Source of the DNA: a bacterium
GTDB taxonomy: Bacteria > Fidelibacterota > Fidelibacteria > Fidelibacterales > Fidelibacteraceae
DNA: 64,000 nucleotides
NCBI GenBank assembly: GCA_963676395.1
Contig: OY781066.1
Location: 1,728,001 to 1,792,000 of the forward strand
Reading direction: 5' to 3'
Under the pieces are notes generated by a model. The model saw only the letters and a program-made list of their open reading frames with translations. It ran no database searches and was not told the origin of the DNA. Position numbers and translations under genes: made by a program. Positions 49,835-59,766 of this stretch are shown one piece after another. Numbering within the stretch: the first letter of the stretch is position 1; each line of letters begins with the position of its first letter.

Positions 49835-50302
49835 ATGAAAACGAAATCGGTTTTAATAGTGCTATTATTAGTTATAAGCTTAATTTTTACTTCATGCTTT
49901 GAAGAAAATGCGGTTTATAAGTCAATAATAATCAATTTGAATGATTTTGCAGACGCAATGGGTGATTGTGATGGGGCTGCAAGTACTGAGGAAATTGAAG
50001 CTGTAAATGAATACTTTCTAAATAATTCTTTAGCTTATTTTATGATAGGTAGTTTAAATATTTATGATCCGCCAATTTCCGGTAGTGAATTTGCAAATAG
50101 ATTTCATATAATGTCACTGTCAGAAATATATTCAAGTGAAAATCAAATGAGAGAAGCGTTTGAAGGAGTAGGGATAAAAACACCTTGGGTCGCAATTTCA
50201 CTGGCGATCTTGATAGATGGTGATATTACTATTACACATATTTATCGAGCACCCGGACCTAATGTTTATGAAGGTGCATGGGAAAGAGTAGAAGTAGAAT
50301 AA
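49835..50302 (+). CDS. Hypothetical lipoprotein
   Basis: Lipobox FTSC; AAGGAG RBS. Confidence 0.7.
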   Translation: MKTKSVLIVLLLVISLIFTSCFEENAVYKSIIINLNDFADAMGDCDGAASTEEIEAVNEYFLNNSLAYFMIGSLNIYDPPISGSEFANRFHIMSLSEIYSSENQMREAFEGVGIKTPWVAISLAILIDGDITITHIYRAPGPNVYEGAWERVEVE

Positions 50303-50325
50303 TAAAAAAAACAAATTAAAATTTA

Positions 50326-50352
50326 AAAGCCATGCTTAAGCATGGCTTTTTT
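50326..50352 (+). terminator. Intrinsic terminator
   Basis: AAAAGCCATGC-TTAA-GCATGGCTTTTTT. Confidence 0.8.
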
Positions 50353-50646
50353 ATTGGAATTCGTATTGATTAAATGTTTATGTGTTTATAACTCATGTAT
50401 GAAGCTATATCAATTTAGGGCGGGGGGAGAAATTCATACAATATCCCAACCCTTCGGGGTTTAAACCGTAAAAGGTGCTTGAACCAATTTGTGTAGATAC
50501 CCCGGCATAAAAAGTCAGGCAATGAATAATACACTATTTATGATAAATTTAATTACAGCGCAATTGCCATCTGTCAATCGTTAATTGCCCATTGTTTCAG
50601 CTTCTTTTTTACTTTCTTTAGACTTATATTAGAAATTTGGTACTCG

Positions 50647-53600
50647 TTGAAACAAAAAGTGAATTCATTGCATCTTAATACTGTGAAATATCTAAGAAAA
50701 ATATTCCTGTTGCTACTGGCAATAACAGTGGTGTTTGCAGAAAATGAAGCCATAGAATTACTTCACGCCGTAACGATGCAAAGGGTTAATCCGGAGGTCG
50801 ACAGGAATGCTCCAGATAGCAGGGGGTCTTACCTGATGTTTGATAAAGAGGTCCATCTTAAACAAGGGGATGTTCACCTTTACGCTGATCGGGTATATCA
50901 ATACGTAGATCTTGATATTTTACGCCTTCTTGGAAATGTAAAGATATTTGATGATAGTGTTACGGTCGAATTTGAGGAGGGTGAATACAATACAGATACC
51001 AAAGATCTTGAAGTGCCCTCGGCTTTTTCTATTGATTATGACGGACGACGTTTTTCTGCATTATCACTTACCGGAAATCTTGATAAAGATGTTTATCTTG
51101 CAAAAGGAGAGGTGGAAATCTCTGATAGCATGTCATATGCTTATGCAGATTCTTTACGTTTTGATAGAGAAAATGAGCGAGCATGGCTATATGGTGAAGC
51201 TTTTATGAGCGATACGGTAAATATGCTCACCATGAGAGGGTCCGAATTGGAATATAGATTAGATAGCGATGAATTTTTTGGTCATAAAGATGCCTCTGTT
51301 TATGAAAGCAATAAAGATGGCAAGAAGCGTTTTGAGGTTTTTGCCGGTCATTTACAAGGGGATATGAATGCCGGATCTATGATTGCAACACAACATGTGT
51401 TTGTTTTACAGGATTCATCTTCTGCTTGGTGCGATTCACTATATTACAATGATTCTTTACAGATCGTCGAGTTCCACGGAGAAGCTCATCTACGGTATCA
51501 AGATATCGATATGTATGGCCCTGAAATGTACTTGGAATTTTATCGCGATAGACTGGGGACTCTTCGTGCCCCCAGAGATCCGCGCATAACATTGAGTGAA
51601 GAAGGGTATATAGGTAAAGATTCAACAAATCTTGTAGAAAAGGTGTCCAATGTTAAGGCTAAAGACCTTCTGCTTAAATTCAATTCTGAAGATCAACCGG
51701 AGTGGATGGATGTAAGCGGAATGGTCGAATCCGAGTATCATGTTTTTAAAGACTCTGTGTACAAAGGTTTAAATAATATGACTTCTGATACCTTGCACAT
51801 TGTTTTTGATGATGGCGAGGTTGCCGATCTTTTTGCGATCTTTGGTGTGGAAGGTGTTTTTGAACCCGATACGTCATATACCGAAATGGATACAATGGTC
51901 ACGTATTCGGGTGATGAGGCTCATTATTCTATCAAGAATGATAATATGTTCGTTTATCCATCATCCAATATGAGATATGGAAATATCAAGTTAAAAGCCG
52001 ATACCATGAAGATTGATTGGAAGACGAATATTCTATACGCTATTCCGGGCAAGAATGGTGAACGGCCCGAATTTGTACAAAATGATGATGACCCGGTTTA
52101 TGGTGATCTTTTTGAATATAATCTAGATACGCAAAGAGGTAGAATCACCAAGGGGAAAACCAATATCGATGACGGCTATTATCAGGGGAAAACCGTATTG
52201 AAAACCGAGGATGATCCTTTATATGTTACTAAAGGTGTTTTTTCTACCTGTGATTTGGAGGAACCTCATTTCTGTGTTGAAGCAAAAAAAATGAAAGTTA
52301 TTCCGGGAGATCGTGTTTTTGCTCAAGATCTGACCCTTAAGGTGATGAATATTCCTTTACTGTATATTCCCTCTCTTTTTATATCTATAGAAGAGGGGAA
52401 ACGTCGAAGCGGATGGATAATTCCGGGTTTCGTGCGACAATCTTACAGGGGAACGGGTATAAATGATTTTGGTTACTACTGGGCGCCAAATGATTATTAT
52501 GATGCACGTTTGGTTTTGGATTTTTATGATGGTCAAGGTATTACAGCCGAGCTTCGACAGCGCTATGCTTTGACGCATTATATTAATAAAGGGGAACTGG
52601 GTTTAAAGTATTGGAATAATTTTTTAGCCAAAACCCCCAAACAAGGTTTTGAGATCTCTATGGATCATTCTCAAAATATCGGACAAAAGTCTAGACTAAT
52701 TATTGCGGGTAGATATACAAACGATGCAACACGATATGAAGAGGAGGTTGAGATCGAAGACCAACTTGAACAGCAAATGATTTCAAGTGGTTCTTTTAGT
52801 ACCTCTTTGGGGCCTTTTAACATGAGTGTATCTGCATCACACAAGCAAGATCTTTTAACCGGAAATTCAAAAACAAGTTTTCCCTCATTATCAATTTCTA
52901 AGTCACAGTCTAGTTTATTCAAGCGAAAAAGCAATAGTGTGCCGGAGCAATGGTATCATAAAATTAAGTATGGGCTTTCTTCCAAGATGACTAATACTTA
53001 TACACACAGCTATGATTATTCCGACAGTACTGTCACAGAAAACGATACGATCATCAATAAATACTATATTGATGATAGCAAGAATAAAATGGTAACCGAA
53101 GCCGGTGTTCAATATTCCGATAAAATATTTGGCTTTTTAACTGTCCGACCATATATGAATTATTATGAGGATTGGACCATGAAATATTATGCTCCTATCA
53201 TGCAAAATGATTCGGCACTTGTTGATACTAATGGTACTTTGCAGTTACAAGAGATAAATGCTTTCAAGCGCCGTAGTCGTTATGATATGGGTGCTTCGGC
53301 TTCAACGACTTTTTACGGTGTTTTTAATCTTAATATTGGGCCTTTGGAAGCGATTCGTCATACGCTTGGTATGAGTATAAATTATAAATATAAGCCAGAT
53401 CAAAGTAAGAACCCAGATTACGTATATCAAGGTTATGGAACCGATGGTTCGGAAATATATTATGATTATTTTCAAAATACGGGCTTAATGACAACGCCAA
53501 ATTCAGGTAATCAAACCTTTAATATGAGTTTTTCACATAAGTTTGATGCGAAAACAAAGAATAAAAATGCTGAAGTTAAGAAGATAAACTTTTTAACGTT

Positions 53601-54246
53601 AACCCACAGTATTAATTTTTTAGAGGATTCATTTCAATTTTCGAATATTTCTGCTAGATCTTCCATAAGAAATATACCGGTGTTGGGGGATCTAAATATT
53701 AATGCGACTTTCGATCCTTATGCTTACCGTATAGATGATGAAGATGCAGGGACATTTACCAGAATAAATCGATTAACAATTCCTAGAATAACATCTCTGA
53801 GAATAGGAACGTCTTTGAAAATAAAAGAAGGGAAACTTAAACGTGTGGTAGATAGACAAAATATCACTATAGATTCTACCATGCAGAATGTTAACGAGTC
53901 GCTTAAACCACCTAAAAATGCTGATAATGGTTTTTCTAACTGGAGTATTTCGTCTGAAATAAGTTATGACTATTCGGCGTCAAACCCTTTGAATGTTAAT
54001 AATAAATTATTGGTTTATACAACGATTCAGGCACAATTAACACCAAAATGGAAGGCTAAATATAAGATTAATTTTAATGTCCTGGACCAAAAGATCACCG
54101 ATCAAAGATTGTCCTTAAGTCGGGATATGCATTGTTGGGTGCTTTCGTTAGATTATCAGCCCATGAGGAATTATGTGTGGATACGATTGAATGCGAAATC
54201 CTCATTGTTAAAAGATTTTAAACTACTTCAACACAAAAATTATTAG
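50647..54246 (+). CDS. lptD: LPS-assembly protein LptD with extended OstA-like N-terminal repeats
   Basis: Repeated ADSL/CDSL jellyroll motifs; FSTCDLEEPHF, RRSGWIIP, GYYWAPNDY, RDMHCW; true start may be GTG at about 50683. Confidence 0.85.
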   Translation: MKQKVNSLHLNTVKYLRKIFLLLLAITVVFAENEAIELLHAVTMQRVNPEVDRNAPDSRGSYLMFDKEVHLKQGDVHLYADRVYQYVDLDILRLLGNVKIFDDSVTVEFEEGEYNTDTKDLEVPSAFSIDYDGRRFSALSLTGNLDKDVYLAKGEVEISDSMSYAYADSLRFDRENERAWLYGEAFMSDTVNMLTMRGSELEYRLDSDEFFGHKDASVYESNKDGKKRFEVFAGHLQGDMNAGSMIATQHVFVLQDSSSAWCDSLYYNDSLQIVEFHGEAHLRYQDIDMYGPEMYLEFYRDRLGTLRAPRDPRITLSEEGYIGKDSTNLVEKVSNVKAKDLLLKFNSEDQPEWMDVSGMVESEYHVFKDSVYKGLNNMTSDTLHIVFDDGEVADLFAIFGVEGVFEPDTSYTEMDTMVTYSGDEAHYSIKNDNMFVYPSSNMRYGNIKLKADTMKIDWKTNILYAIPGKNGERPEFVQNDDDPVYGDLFEYNLDTQRGRITKGKTNIDDGYYQGKTVLKTEDDPLYVTKGVFSTCDLEEPHFCVEAKKMKVIPGDRVFAQDLTLKVMNIPLLYIPSLFISIEEGKRRSGWIIPGFVRQSYRGTGINDFGYYWAPNDYYDARLVLDFYDGQGITAELRQRYALTHYINKGELGLKYWNNFLAKTPKQGFEISMDHSQNIGQKSRLIIAGRYTNDATRYEEEVEIEDQLEQQMISSGSFSTSLGPFNMSVSASHKQDLLTGNSKTSFPSLSISKSQSSLFKRKSNSVPEQWYHKIKYGLSSKMTNTYTHSYDYSDSTVTENDTIINKYYIDDSKNKMVTEAGVQYSDKIFGFLTVRPYMNYYEDWTMKYYAPIMQNDSALVDTNGTLQLQEINAFKRRSRYDMGASASTTFYGVFNLNIGPLEAIRHTLGMSINYKYKPDQSKNPDYVYQGYGTDGSEIYYDYFQNTGLMTTPNSGNQTFNMSFSHKFDAKTKNKNAEVKKINFLTLTHSINFLEDSFQFSNISARSSIRNIPVLGDLNINATFDPYAYRIDDEDAGTFTRINRLTIPRITSLRIGTSLKIKEGKLKRVVDRQNITIDSTMQNVNESLKPPKNADNGFSNWSISSEISYDYSASNPLNVNNKLLVYTTIQAQLTPKWKAKYKINFNVLDQKITDQRLSLSRDMHCWVLSLDYQPMRNYVWIRLNAKSSLLKDFKLLQHKNY

Positions 54247-54250
54247 AGTT

Positions 54251-55090
54251 ATGGATCAAGATTACATTAAGATTATTTTTCCTAAGGATCCCGCAGTTGC
54301 TATTGTATTGGAAGTGCTCATGGATGAAGCAATGGTGCTTTCATATGAAACCACCGACTACGATCTATCCGTACTTCACCTTTGGGAAGAACGCGACAAT
54401 TTATTAAAAAAATTGAGTAAGCTATTACCGGACATTAAATGGAAAGAAGAGAAGATAGAAAGTCGGGATTGGAATCAAACCTGGATTGACGGCTTTCAAC
54501 CTATTCGCATTGCGAAAAAGTTTTGGGTGACACCACCCTGGCAGGAAGAAAAGATCCCAGATGATCATGTAAAGGTTATTATTAATCCAAGTAATGCATT
54601 TGGCACAGGTACGCACGAGTCCACCTTTCTTGCTTTAAAACTTATGCAGACCATGCTTAAGAAAGGTGATAATATTATCGATCTCGGTTGTGGGTCGGGA
54701 ATACTCTCGATTGCCGCCAAAAAAATGGGTGCGGCAAATATCTATGCAACGGACTTTGATCCTGAGATCGAAAACAATATTAACGAAAATCTCAAGCTAA
54801 ATGGGATCAATGATATTAAGTGGGATATTACAAATGTATTAAAGCACGATACATATGCTTGTGATCTGGCTTTGATCAATATACAAAAACACGTGATCTT
54901 ACCGCTTTTAAAGCGTTTTAGCGTTGCAAAAGACCGTCCTAATCGTGTAATTTTAGCCGGTCTTTTACATGAGCATCGTAAAGAAATCCGGAACGCTCTG
55001 AAAAAACAGGGGTATAAGATACTTAAAATTTATCGAAAAAATGAATGGATCGCCATATCGGCAGTCCACTGGAGAAAGAATGAAAAATAA
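54251..55090 (+). CDS. prmA: Ribosomal protein L11 methyltransferase
   Basis: DWNQTW, INPSNAFGTGTHEST, IDLGCGSGILSI. Confidence 0.88.
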   Translation: MDQDYIKIIFPKDPAVAIVLEVLMDEAMVLSYETTDYDLSVLHLWEERDNLLKKLSKLLPDIKWKEEKIESRDWNQTWIDGFQPIRIAKKFWVTPPWQEEKIPDDHVKVIINPSNAFGTGTHESTFLALKLMQTMLKKGDNIIDLGCGSGILSIAAKKMGAANIYATDFDPEIENNINENLKLNGINDIKWDITNVLKHDTYACDLALINIQKHVILPLLKRFSVAKDRPNRVILAGLLHEHRKEIRNALKKQGYKILKIYRKNEWIAISAVHWRKNEK

Positions 55091-55853
55091 ACAATCAATT
55101 GTTTTGTCACTTTTGTTGGCGGTCTTCTTGGGTTCCTGTGGCCCAAACTATCCGGATCCCGAAGTACCTTTAACATATCCTCAGCCACAATTGGATGAAC
55201 GAGTATTAAGTTATAATGATATTCGCGATGAAATGCATTGTGAGGTTAAAGTAAATTATGATTCAAGTTTTACCGAATTGCTTGCAATAGTCGAAGCTCA
55301 GGGTTTTGAAACAGATACATTTACCTTGATCTTGAATGATGCCGGTTTGCTGGGTGATGCCTTGGAAGGAGATGGTATTTATTCCAGAAATACCGATATG
55401 GATCGAATCGATAGCATAGATGGTCAATTGCTTGTAAATTTTAAATTATATCGTGATGATGAACTGTTGAAATCAGCCGTGGATTCATTACCTGTTTCTG
55501 CAAACTTGCCTCCCTCGATCACAGAGATCAGTATGCCAGATACCATCGTTCGTCCTGAAATCGGAATAAACGAGCTGCTGATCTATTTGAGTGTAGATGA
55601 CCCTAATGGTGTACATGATGTCACTTCGGCCTATTTTCAGGTAAAAAACAATACAACCGGATTATGGAGCACCGATTATCCCATGAATGATGAGGGTGAA
55701 ACAGGCGATCAAGTTGCGGGTGATGGTATATTTTCCACCGGTTTGAATATTTCTTCGGCGAATTCTGCTGCAACGAATTATTTTAGATTCAGAGTAAAAG
55801 ACACAGCCGCTAATTTTTCTGAATGGAGTGTGGACTCCGTGGTGGTGAGGTAG
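55080..55853 (+). CDS. Lipoprotein with two ND.G..GD...GDGI(Y/F)S repeats (choice-of-anchor X-like)
   Basis: Lipobox LGSC from ATG 55080; LNDAGLLGDALEGDGIYS and MNDEGETGDQVAGDGIFS. Confidence 0.7.
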   Translation: MKNKQSIVLSLLLAVFLGSCGPNYPDPEVPLTYPQPQLDERVLSYNDIRDEMHCEVKVNYDSSFTELLAIVEAQGFETDTFTLILNDAGLLGDALEGDGIYSRNTDMDRIDSIDGQLLVNFKLYRDDELLKSAVDSLPVSANLPPSITEISMPDTIVRPEIGINELLIYLSVDDPNGVHDVTSAYFQVKNNTTGLWSTDYPMNDEGETGDQVAGDGIFSTGLNISSANSAATNYFRFRVKDTAANFSEWSVDSVVVR

Positions 55854-55855
55854 AT

Positions 55856-57433
55856 ATGAAAAAATATTTAATTGCAATTTTGATCTCAACTTTTTCGATT
55901 GCCTTTGCTTTACCTTTTGCAGTTGCTTATGAGAAAGATTCAACTTTGGTTTATGATGGTATTGGAAGCAATGCGGTCACGGATATACGTCAAGTAAACG
56001 ACAGTACTTTTGTGTTTGCCAGCGGAAATGGCTTGTCCTTTAGTTATGACAGAGGAAAGAATATTTATACCTATTTTGGAAATGGTAAATCAGTGACCCA
56101 TGGTTCGGTTACGGGATTGGTAACACTTGATAATAAAATTTGGGTTGCTACCGCAAAGGATACCATGATACTGGAGGGTTCTTATTACAAAGATTACCCG
56201 GTCGGTAACGGTATATCTTATTCACCCGATATGGGTAAAACCTGGCAGCGCTTTTCTCAATCTGTCGATGGGCAGTATGATACGACAGAAGCTGTATTTG
56301 ATGGTGAAATTGATGCACTTCCCATTACATCGCGTATAAATAATTTAACTTATGATCTGGCAATTCAAGTCACGAATGATGGTGATACCGTACTTTGGTC
56401 GTGTAATTTTGCCGGCGGTACCCGAAAGAGCTATGATAACGGAGAGACCTGGGAACGGGTTGTTTTACCTCCGGATTATTATGATGAACTTAATGAAGAT
56501 ACGCCATTGGATTTTGACTTAAGTCCAACAACGGGTGCCTTAGGTTATGAAAACAATTTAAACCATCGCTCTTTTTCAGTTCATGTAAAAGGTGATACAG
56601 TGGTTGTTGGTACGGCTAATGGAATCAATGTTTCTACGGATGAAGGTGTTTCTTGGGTAAAGTACACGGCACAAAATTCAGCTATCCCCGGAAACTTTGT
56701 AGTTGATGTTGACTTGGATAATGAAGCCAATGTGTATGCCGTCTGTCTTCCAACTCAGTCATCGGAAGCCCGCGGTCTTGCCGTATCTCATATTAACATC
56801 AATGGTTTGCTGTACTGGGAAAGTCAATTTGTAGGAACTCGTCTTTACAGCATTGAGGCCGTAACACCGGAACATATGTTTGCAGCCGGTGAAGAAGGTT
56901 TTTGGTATTCATCCGATGGTTGGAATTGGGCGGATCTTGGAAATGTATATGACGATGACGGTCAATTGCTTTTAACTGAAAAGATATACAGTGTTTATCA
57001 AGATGATAAAGATACCATCTGGATTGGTTCAGCGGACGGTTTAGCCAAATCCGGTGACATGGGTGGAAGCTGGGAGATCATTCGTCGAGTGACTAAAGAC
57101 TTTGACAGTGATATTGCTATTTCTGCCTATCCCAATCCTTTTTCTCCTGCAAGAATGAATCAAATGGGCGATGACGGTTATGTAAGGATATTTTGTAAAT
57201 TACCGGCACCCGGAAGGATATCTATGGAAGTCTATGACTATTCAATGACCAGGGTTAAGGTTCTAGCTCTTGATAAAATTGTGGATACTGACGAAACTGA
57301 AATTCTTTGGAATGGGAAAAATGGTATGAATAATGTCGTCGCAAACGGTGTTTACTTTATAAAGGTGAATTACGATTGGGGTGATGGTGATGGTAAACAA
57401 GTGGCCTGGACTAAAGTAATCGTATTGGATTAA
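55856..57433 (+). CDS. Beta-propeller (BNR-like repeats) protein with FlgD-Ig/CTD-like C-terminus, PorZ-like
   Basis: SYDRGK, SPDMGKTW, SYDNGETW, STDEGVSW repeats; YPNPFSP...WNGKN...VANGVYF. Confidence 0.7.
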   Translation: MKKYLIAILISTFSIAFALPFAVAYEKDSTLVYDGIGSNAVTDIRQVNDSTFVFASGNGLSFSYDRGKNIYTYFGNGKSVTHGSVTGLVTLDNKIWVATAKDTMILEGSYYKDYPVGNGISYSPDMGKTWQRFSQSVDGQYDTTEAVFDGEIDALPITSRINNLTYDLAIQVTNDGDTVLWSCNFAGGTRKSYDNGETWERVVLPPDYYDELNEDTPLDFDLSPTTGALGYENNLNHRSFSVHVKGDTVVVGTANGINVSTDEGVSWVKYTAQNSAIPGNFVVDVDLDNEANVYAVCLPTQSSEARGLAVSHININGLLYWESQFVGTRLYSIEAVTPEHMFAAGEEGFWYSSDGWNWADLGNVYDDDGQLLLTEKIYSVYQDDKDTIWIGSADGLAKSGDMGGSWEIIRRVTKDFDSDIAISAYPNPFSPARMNQMGDDGYVRIFCKLPAPGRISMEVYDYSMTRVKVLALDKIVDTDETEILWNGKNGMNNVVANGVYFIKVNYDWGDGDGKQVAWTKVIVLD

Positions 57434-57442
57434 GGGTGAATA

Positions 57443-58366
57443 ATGAAATATTTAAATAAAATACTACTGATGACGATAATTGCCGGTCTTGCTTTTTCCG
57501 CAGACGAAGCTGGCGGTGTTGGAGGAGCTTATCTTAGAATGCCGGCCGATGCTAGATCTGCTGCTTTGGGGAATGCCGGAACCAGTTTATCGAATGATGT
57601 TAATGCTAATATTGCCAACCCGGCCAATGTTGTCAGTATTGAAACACGTCAATTTGCCTCTTCATTCCAGTTCTTGTCATTGGATAGGTCCTACCAGACT
57701 TTATCTTTTGCCGTTGATCTGCCACCCACAGCGGGAATGTCTGTTGCATGGGTGCATGCCGGAGTGGATGAGATCATAGGACGATCATACTCTAATGATT
57801 ATGCCGGTCGTTACTCCTGGTCACAGGATGCTTTTATTATTGGTTTTGGTTTAGGTTTAACCGATTGGTTGTCTATAGGTGTCAGCGGTAAAGTGCTGTC
57901 TGATCAATTGGCTAATTCCTCTTCTTCGGGTTTTTCTGCTGATGTAGGAGTTAAAGCTACACCTGTAAAGGGGCTGGTTTTGGCTGTTGTTGCAAAAGAT
58001 GTTTCAGGTAAACTAAGCTGGGATACGTCAGGTGAATCATATTCGGAATATCAAACTCGCAGAGTTGATGAATTTCCTTTGGGACTTCATTTTTCTGCAG
58101 CTTATACTCTGTTTGATAAAGTATTGTTTACCGGCGTGTATAAATATTCACCACAGATTGAACCTACCTGGCACATCGGTGTCGAAGGTAAGATCGCGGA
58201 TATGCTATTCATAAGAGGTGGATTGGATAATGGTGCACCGACCTTTGGTTTAGGCACAATTTATAAGCTTTGGAAAAATATTTCCACACGTATGGATTAT
58301 GCCTTTTTACCTGGTATGATAGGTCAAGGTGGCTCACATCTTTTTACTTGGTTATTCTATTTCTAG
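57443..58366 (+). CDS. PorV/PorQ family outer-membrane protein
   Basis: AYLRMPADARSAALGNA...ANPA N-terminal motif; FSADVG; ends in F. Confidence 0.85.
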   Translation: MKYLNKILLMTIIAGLAFSADEAGGVGGAYLRMPADARSAALGNAGTSLSNDVNANIANPANVVSIETRQFASSFQFLSLDRSYQTLSFAVDLPPTAGMSVAWVHAGVDEIIGRSYSNDYAGRYSWSQDAFIIGFGLGLTDWLSIGVSGKVLSDQLANSSSSGFSADVGVKATPVKGLVLAVVAKDVSGKLSWDTSGESYSEYQTRRVDEFPLGLHFSAAYTLFDKVLFTGVYKYSPQIEPTWHIGVEGKIADMLFIRGGLDNGAPTFGLGTIYKLWKNISTRMDYAFLPGMIGQGGSHLFTWLFYF

Positions 58367-58375
58367 GAGTTATAA

Positions 58376-59164
58376 ATGAAAAAAATATTATTATTGATCA
58401 TAAGCGTTTCAGCACTACTGGCCTCCGAAGGCGTGCCTGTGCTAAGTCTGCCTGATTTTGCACAAGATGGCTATATGCCGTCAAGTCCTGTGTATAAAGA
58501 AAAAGGCATTACATTTTCCTATGCTTCTTGGTATTTGGGTACAAATTATACCTCGATCATCACGGAATTAGATAACATCGAATTTGGTTTTAAGGGGCTA
58601 CTATCAAGTAATATTGAGATTCGTGGAGATGTGCCTACCGATACACCTGTCGGGACAACCCAATATTATAACAGTGCGCTTTTCATTAACAAGCATTGGT
58701 ATGTCAGCGATAAATGGGCATTCAAAGCAGGTTTAAACCTTATTAACGAGCATCTTTTCGTTGCGGATTCTTGGGGCGGAGCAGTGAATGCCGAAGCCAT
58801 AAGAAAATTTAATGTCAATACTCGCATTTTAGCCGGTGTAGAAAATTTAGGTTGGATGTCACCCTTGGGATCAGTTGGAACGAATTTGCCTACTCGTTAT
58901 TATGTTGGAGGCGATCTTATTTTTAATTTTCTTATAGTTTCATTGGAAGCCGGGATAAATAATGATATAGATCCGTATTTAAGATGGAGCGTTAGATATT
59001 TTCATCCTGTATTTGAAATAACTTATTCTCATGATACTCTGTTAAAGATTCATCATGTTGGAGCAGACCTTAAACTGTCTGATTTTCGGATTGGTTATGG
59101 CCAATATTTCCATAGTCGAGGTATAGGTAATCCTATGATGCTCTCATTTGGAATGGTATTCTAA
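58376..59164 (+). CDS. Second, divergent PorV/PorQ-like beta-barrel
   Basis: SYASWY, IEIRG, VENLG, LPTRYYVG; ends MVF. Confidence 0.65.
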   Translation: MKKILLLIISVSALLASEGVPVLSLPDFAQDGYMPSSPVYKEKGITFSYASWYLGTNYTSIITELDNIEFGFKGLLSSNIEIRGDVPTDTPVGTTQYYNSALFINKHWYVSDKWAFKAGLNLINEHLFVADSWGGAVNAEAIRKFNVNTRILAGVENLGWMSPLGSVGTNLPTRYYVGGDLIFNFLIVSLEAGINNDIDPYLRWSVRYFHPVFEITYSHDTLLKIHHVGADLKLSDFRIGYGQYFHSRGIGNPMMLSFGMVF

Positions 59165-59169
59165 GAAAA

Positions 59170-59754
59170 ATGGAACGAAAGATTAAATATCTATTTTTTG
59201 CATTCTTGCTTGTATTGCTAATGAGCGGGTGTGAAGCATTTATGCGAGGTTCAGAACCGCCACGTAGACCATCTGTGGATCATTTTATTCCTCCTACTGA
59301 TGCCAGTACGGTATTTACTAACTTGGAGAATGCTTTTACGTATCGTGAGTATGATATTTATTCCAGATGTCTTGCCGATTCACTCAGTTCCGGAAGATCT
59401 TTTACTTTTTATGAATCACCTGTGAAAGCCATTGCTTTTCCGCATCCCTGGGGAAAGCAAGAAGAAGAATTGTATTTTCAGGAATTACTGGCGGCATGCC
59501 ATAAAGATTCTTTATTATTGTTGAGCATTAGTAATGACGATATTCCGGACAGTGATGAAGGTGATACAATTTCATATCAAATTAATTATCAGATTTCCGC
59601 ACATCATAGCAGGGGAGAGTTGGATACTGACTATGAAGGGCGATCGTATATAAAACTAATCAGAAATAATCAAAATTATTGGGTGATCTATTATTGGCAG
59701 GATATTCCTATCTCCACTTCTGCTACATGGTCAGACCTCAAGGCGTACTTTTAA
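59170..59754 (+). CDS. Hypothetical lipoprotein (NTF2-like)
   Basis: Lipobox MSGC; VFTNLENAF...YSRCL...WVIYYWQD...TWSDLKAYF. Confidence 0.7.
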   Translation: MERKIKYLFFAFLLVLLMSGCEAFMRGSEPPRRPSVDHFIPPTDASTVFTNLENAFTYREYDIYSRCLADSLSSGRSFTFYESPVKAIAFPHPWGKQEEELYFQELLAACHKDSLLLLSISNDDIPDSDEGDTISYQINYQISAHHSRGELDTDYEGRSYIKLIRNNQNYWVIYYWQDIPISTSATWSDLKAYF

Positions 59755-59766
59755 CTGGATAAAAAA

